Positions 62,736 through 64,000 of a stretch of DNA of 64,000 nucleotides are shown here, in pieces; within the stretch, counting starts at the first letter, position 1; every line of letters begins with the position of its first letter. The stretch covers positions 11,911,166 through 11,975,165 of the forward strand of contig CM082578.2 of the NCBI GenBank assembly GCA_040954595.2, given 5' to 3'. The notes below the pieces were generated by a model. It did not search any database. It saw only the letters and a program-made list of their open reading frames with translations, and was not told where the DNA came from. Made by a program: the position numbers and the translations under genes. Origin of the DNA: Balanoglossus misakiensis (Eukaryota; Animalia; Hemichordata).

Positions 62736-63694
62736 AATGGGGAAAACACACACCACCCACCACATCTGAAGATGTTCATCACATGACCTTTGTAGAGGGT
62801 TTCATAGCTACAATTGTCGATGGAGAATTCTTAACTATTATCTTTGCCTGCCAATCAAAGAACTTTTTAAGGAATTGTAAAATTTTACTGACATAATTTC
62901 ATTTGATTCGTTAAAAAGTGATTTCCACAGTTATCAGATTATTTTATGAAGGGCGTTTGTTGTGCAGATTTTCAGATTTAACTGTTGAGGGCGCACGTTC
63001 AACAGAGGATAAGCTGGCGTACGACGGTCACTGTTTTGAGAAATTCTCACTGTGGGACGTGTTTGAATAAATAAAATGACACAAATATCACATATTTTCA
63101 GTGGTAGGCCCACGTAAATACAAAAAGCACCACCATATGTTCTTTAGAACACTCGGATATGCCGTTTTAACCATTTATGGACATATGGTCACTGAAGGTG
63201 ACCGTCTACCTTCAAAGAGGAAGAATATATTTGCAAACAGCATGATACAGAGACCATACCTGCATGAATGGGTTAGATATAATTTACTGTACTATTAATA
63301 AATTACAGAGAGTATGTTTATTAAAGATTGACCATAGCAATGGATGCGCTCCAAGGCTAGTGTAAGGCCTACTGGTAGTTTCTGATAAACAAAATAACTG
63401 CATGCGCGCGGCGAGTTAATTTGACCAAATAACAAATAGCTGTGGAGCTACGGATATCTTTTTCCCACGCCACCAGCCTCCCACGAGTATTCCTCAATCC
63501 AGGAGTATTCACACCGTTAGCCCCGTATTTTATTACATTGCTGTCCTGCAGGGACAGTCCACACTGCCTTATAGATTGTATTATGGGTTTGGGTATCTGT
63601 CCCTTGACCTGACATCTAGTCTGAACTTTTAGAGTGACGTCATCCATCAGAACTTTTGTAGCTGGAGAAGCGGGACACGGCACGGAATTACACA

Positions 63695-63734
63695 ATGAAG
63701 TTCGCACTTTTTACGGCGTCTTTCTTGGCGGCAG
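63695..63734 (+). CDS. Shisa-like copy 3, first coding exon only (gene runs off the window)
   Basis: MKFALFTASFLAA then GCAG|GTAAAA, nearly identical to the first exons of copies 1 and 2; homologous upstream promoter block. Confidence 0.8.
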
Positions 63735-64000
63735 GTAAAATATTAGCTTGTTTTAACAATCGTGAAACGCTTGATGCGCCCGAAAAGGCAAATTTCTAAT
63801 TTGAAGCCACATGTACGTCACACATTGCCTGGTTCACATCCCTCCATGGTCCGGGCCCTTTCGTTTCGAACAAGCGCATGCAGAACCGTGCCCAACATTG
63901 CGATCCGCTTTTGGTCATAGCATAAATATTTAAACAACACGATTTCATAGTCACAACATGTGATAAACGAACAAAACAAGGCCGTAGGGGTACATTTGTA

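Overview
AT-rich, intron-dense animal genomic DNA, most likely a marine invertebrate; the species cannot be determined from the sequence. Most entries in the ORF track are exon fragments or spurious. Manual splice-phase reconstruction gives: (1) a complete LRRK2 orthologue on + (ATG 8016 to TAA 40260, about 68-69 coding exons; ARM-ANK-LRR-ROC-COR-kinase-WD40); (2) aminoacylase-1 on - (46689 to 42480, 15 exons, 405 aa); (3) an ABHD14A-like hydrolase on +, head-to-head with ACY1 (48025-49350, 271 aa); (4) a TATDN2-like nuclease (51169-55008, about 1061 aa); (5) a tandem array of at least three Shisa-like membrane-protein genes (55857-57878, 61155-62735, 63695 to window end). Notable non-genic or unannotated features are a 2.3-kb Foldback/MULE-like element with modular long inverted arms and a 9-bp TSD in an LRRK2 intron, several frame-preserving cassette exons with RBFOX/QKI motif clusters, a GC-AG intron, a candidate spliced uORF whose stop overlaps the LRRK2 start codons, and an excess of TA-NN-NN-TA palindromes that resemble Tc1/mariner excision footprints. 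I did not find a clearly new multi-gene system. All coordinates were read by eye and need RNA-seq confirmation.
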